Notes under the pieces: generated by a model
What the model saw: only the letters and a program-made list of their open reading frames with translations
Databases searched by the model: none
Told to the model about the DNA's origin: nothing
From: Dirinaria sp. TL-2023a
Lineage: Eukaryota
Direction of reading: 5' to 3'
Assembly (NCBI GenBank): GCA_051941275.1
Contig: JAVEBF010000021.1
Span: forward strand, 1-51,073
Length of the DNA: 51,073 nt
Shown here: positions 50,546 to 51,073 of the stretch, in pieces
Numbering within the stretch: the first letter of the stretch is position 1
Layout: each line of letters begins with the position of its first letter
Made by a program: the position numbers and the translations under genes

Positions 50546-50765
50546 TGTTACGACCCTGATCTGACACCTAGGGTTAGCGAGAGGGTTAGGAACTGATCAG
50601 TGAACTCTAGGCTTGATCAGTACTGAGCAGGGGGGTTTGACACTGAGCAGTACTCAGTTGATCAGTAGTGCTCAGTGAACTGAGCAACTGAGCAGAACTG
50701 AGCAAAAGATCTTGGCAGTTCTGGGTGAGATATACATAAAGCTTTAACACGACGCTCTTTTGACA
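50546..50765. mobile_element. LTR-like unit related to the neighbouring solo LTR
   Basis: Starts TGTTACGACCCTG (same 13 nt as the solo LTR at 50774) and can be ended at TTTGACA 50765; internal ACTGAGCA repeats; no matching TSD. Confidence 0.55.
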
Positions 50766-50773
50766 TCGTATTC

Positions 50774-50904
50774 TGTTACGACCCTGGAAACACCTAAGTA
50801 GTAAGATAGGCACCAAATCCTTTGACTTGGTTTAGTTAGTCTTTTGGCGCTGCCGGGACTTTTACCATTGGGAAACCTATCTAACCAAGGTTGGGTCTTT
50901 GACA
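50774..50904. mobile_element. Solo LTR (131 bp) with 5-bp target site duplication
   Basis: TG...CA termini with imperfect inverted ends TGTTACGACCC / GGGTCTTTGACA; TATTC directly on both sides (50769-50773 and 50905-50909). Confidence 0.85.
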
Positions 50905-51073
50905 TATTCAACATCTTTGCAATAACTATTTACTGCTCAGAGTAACTTGTATCTTGTGATGATATTGTCGTATCATCTCGAAAATACTCGTTGTTTTTTG
51001 ATAGATCTCTTCAACAGATCAAACTCTAGCATCTTTTTTGTTTAGAATCTAATTCTAGATATTAGACTGATAG
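50905..51073. mobile_element. AT-rich degenerate repeat relic running off the window
   Basis: AT/TpA-rich with no ORF; forms part of the target into which the solo LTR inserted. Confidence 0.45.

Noticed and set aside
1..51073. Starship or other giant mobile element (gene island flanked by repeats)
   Set aside because: No DUF3435 tyrosine recombinase captain, and the genes are mostly single-copy housekeeping types (Med19, RIC1, CKB1, SSK2, verprolin).

Overview
Eukaryotic DNA from a filamentous ascomycete (Pezizomycotina; short GT-AG introns with CTRAY branch points). The window is a gene-dense island of about 49 kb holding 19 intact protein-coding genes and one probable pseudogene, with AT-rich, RIP-like degraded repeat DNA at both ends. 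In order: conserved hypothetical protein, DUF3176 membrane protein, RWD-like/PARP-type ADP-ribosyltransferase, bHLH factor, Med19, F-box-like pseudogene, TMA20, RIC1, GH13 alpha-glucosidase, CIA30-domain protein, homogentisate dioxygenase, JmjC protein, Baeyer-Villiger-type monooxygenase, Zn2Cys6 factor, CK2 beta, SSK2 MAPKKK, ammonium transporter, verprolin, a conserved hypothetical protein and a CHORD-CS protein. The right end has a 110-bp hairpin containing telomeric repeats, a solo LTR with a perfect 5-bp target site duplication, and a related LTR-like unit. The most striking signal the gene models do not explain is clusters of TACCTT/AAGGTA words and palindromes upstream of most genes but nearly absent from convergent spacers. 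All product calls come from motif recognition by eye; no database search was run, so no novelty claim is verified.
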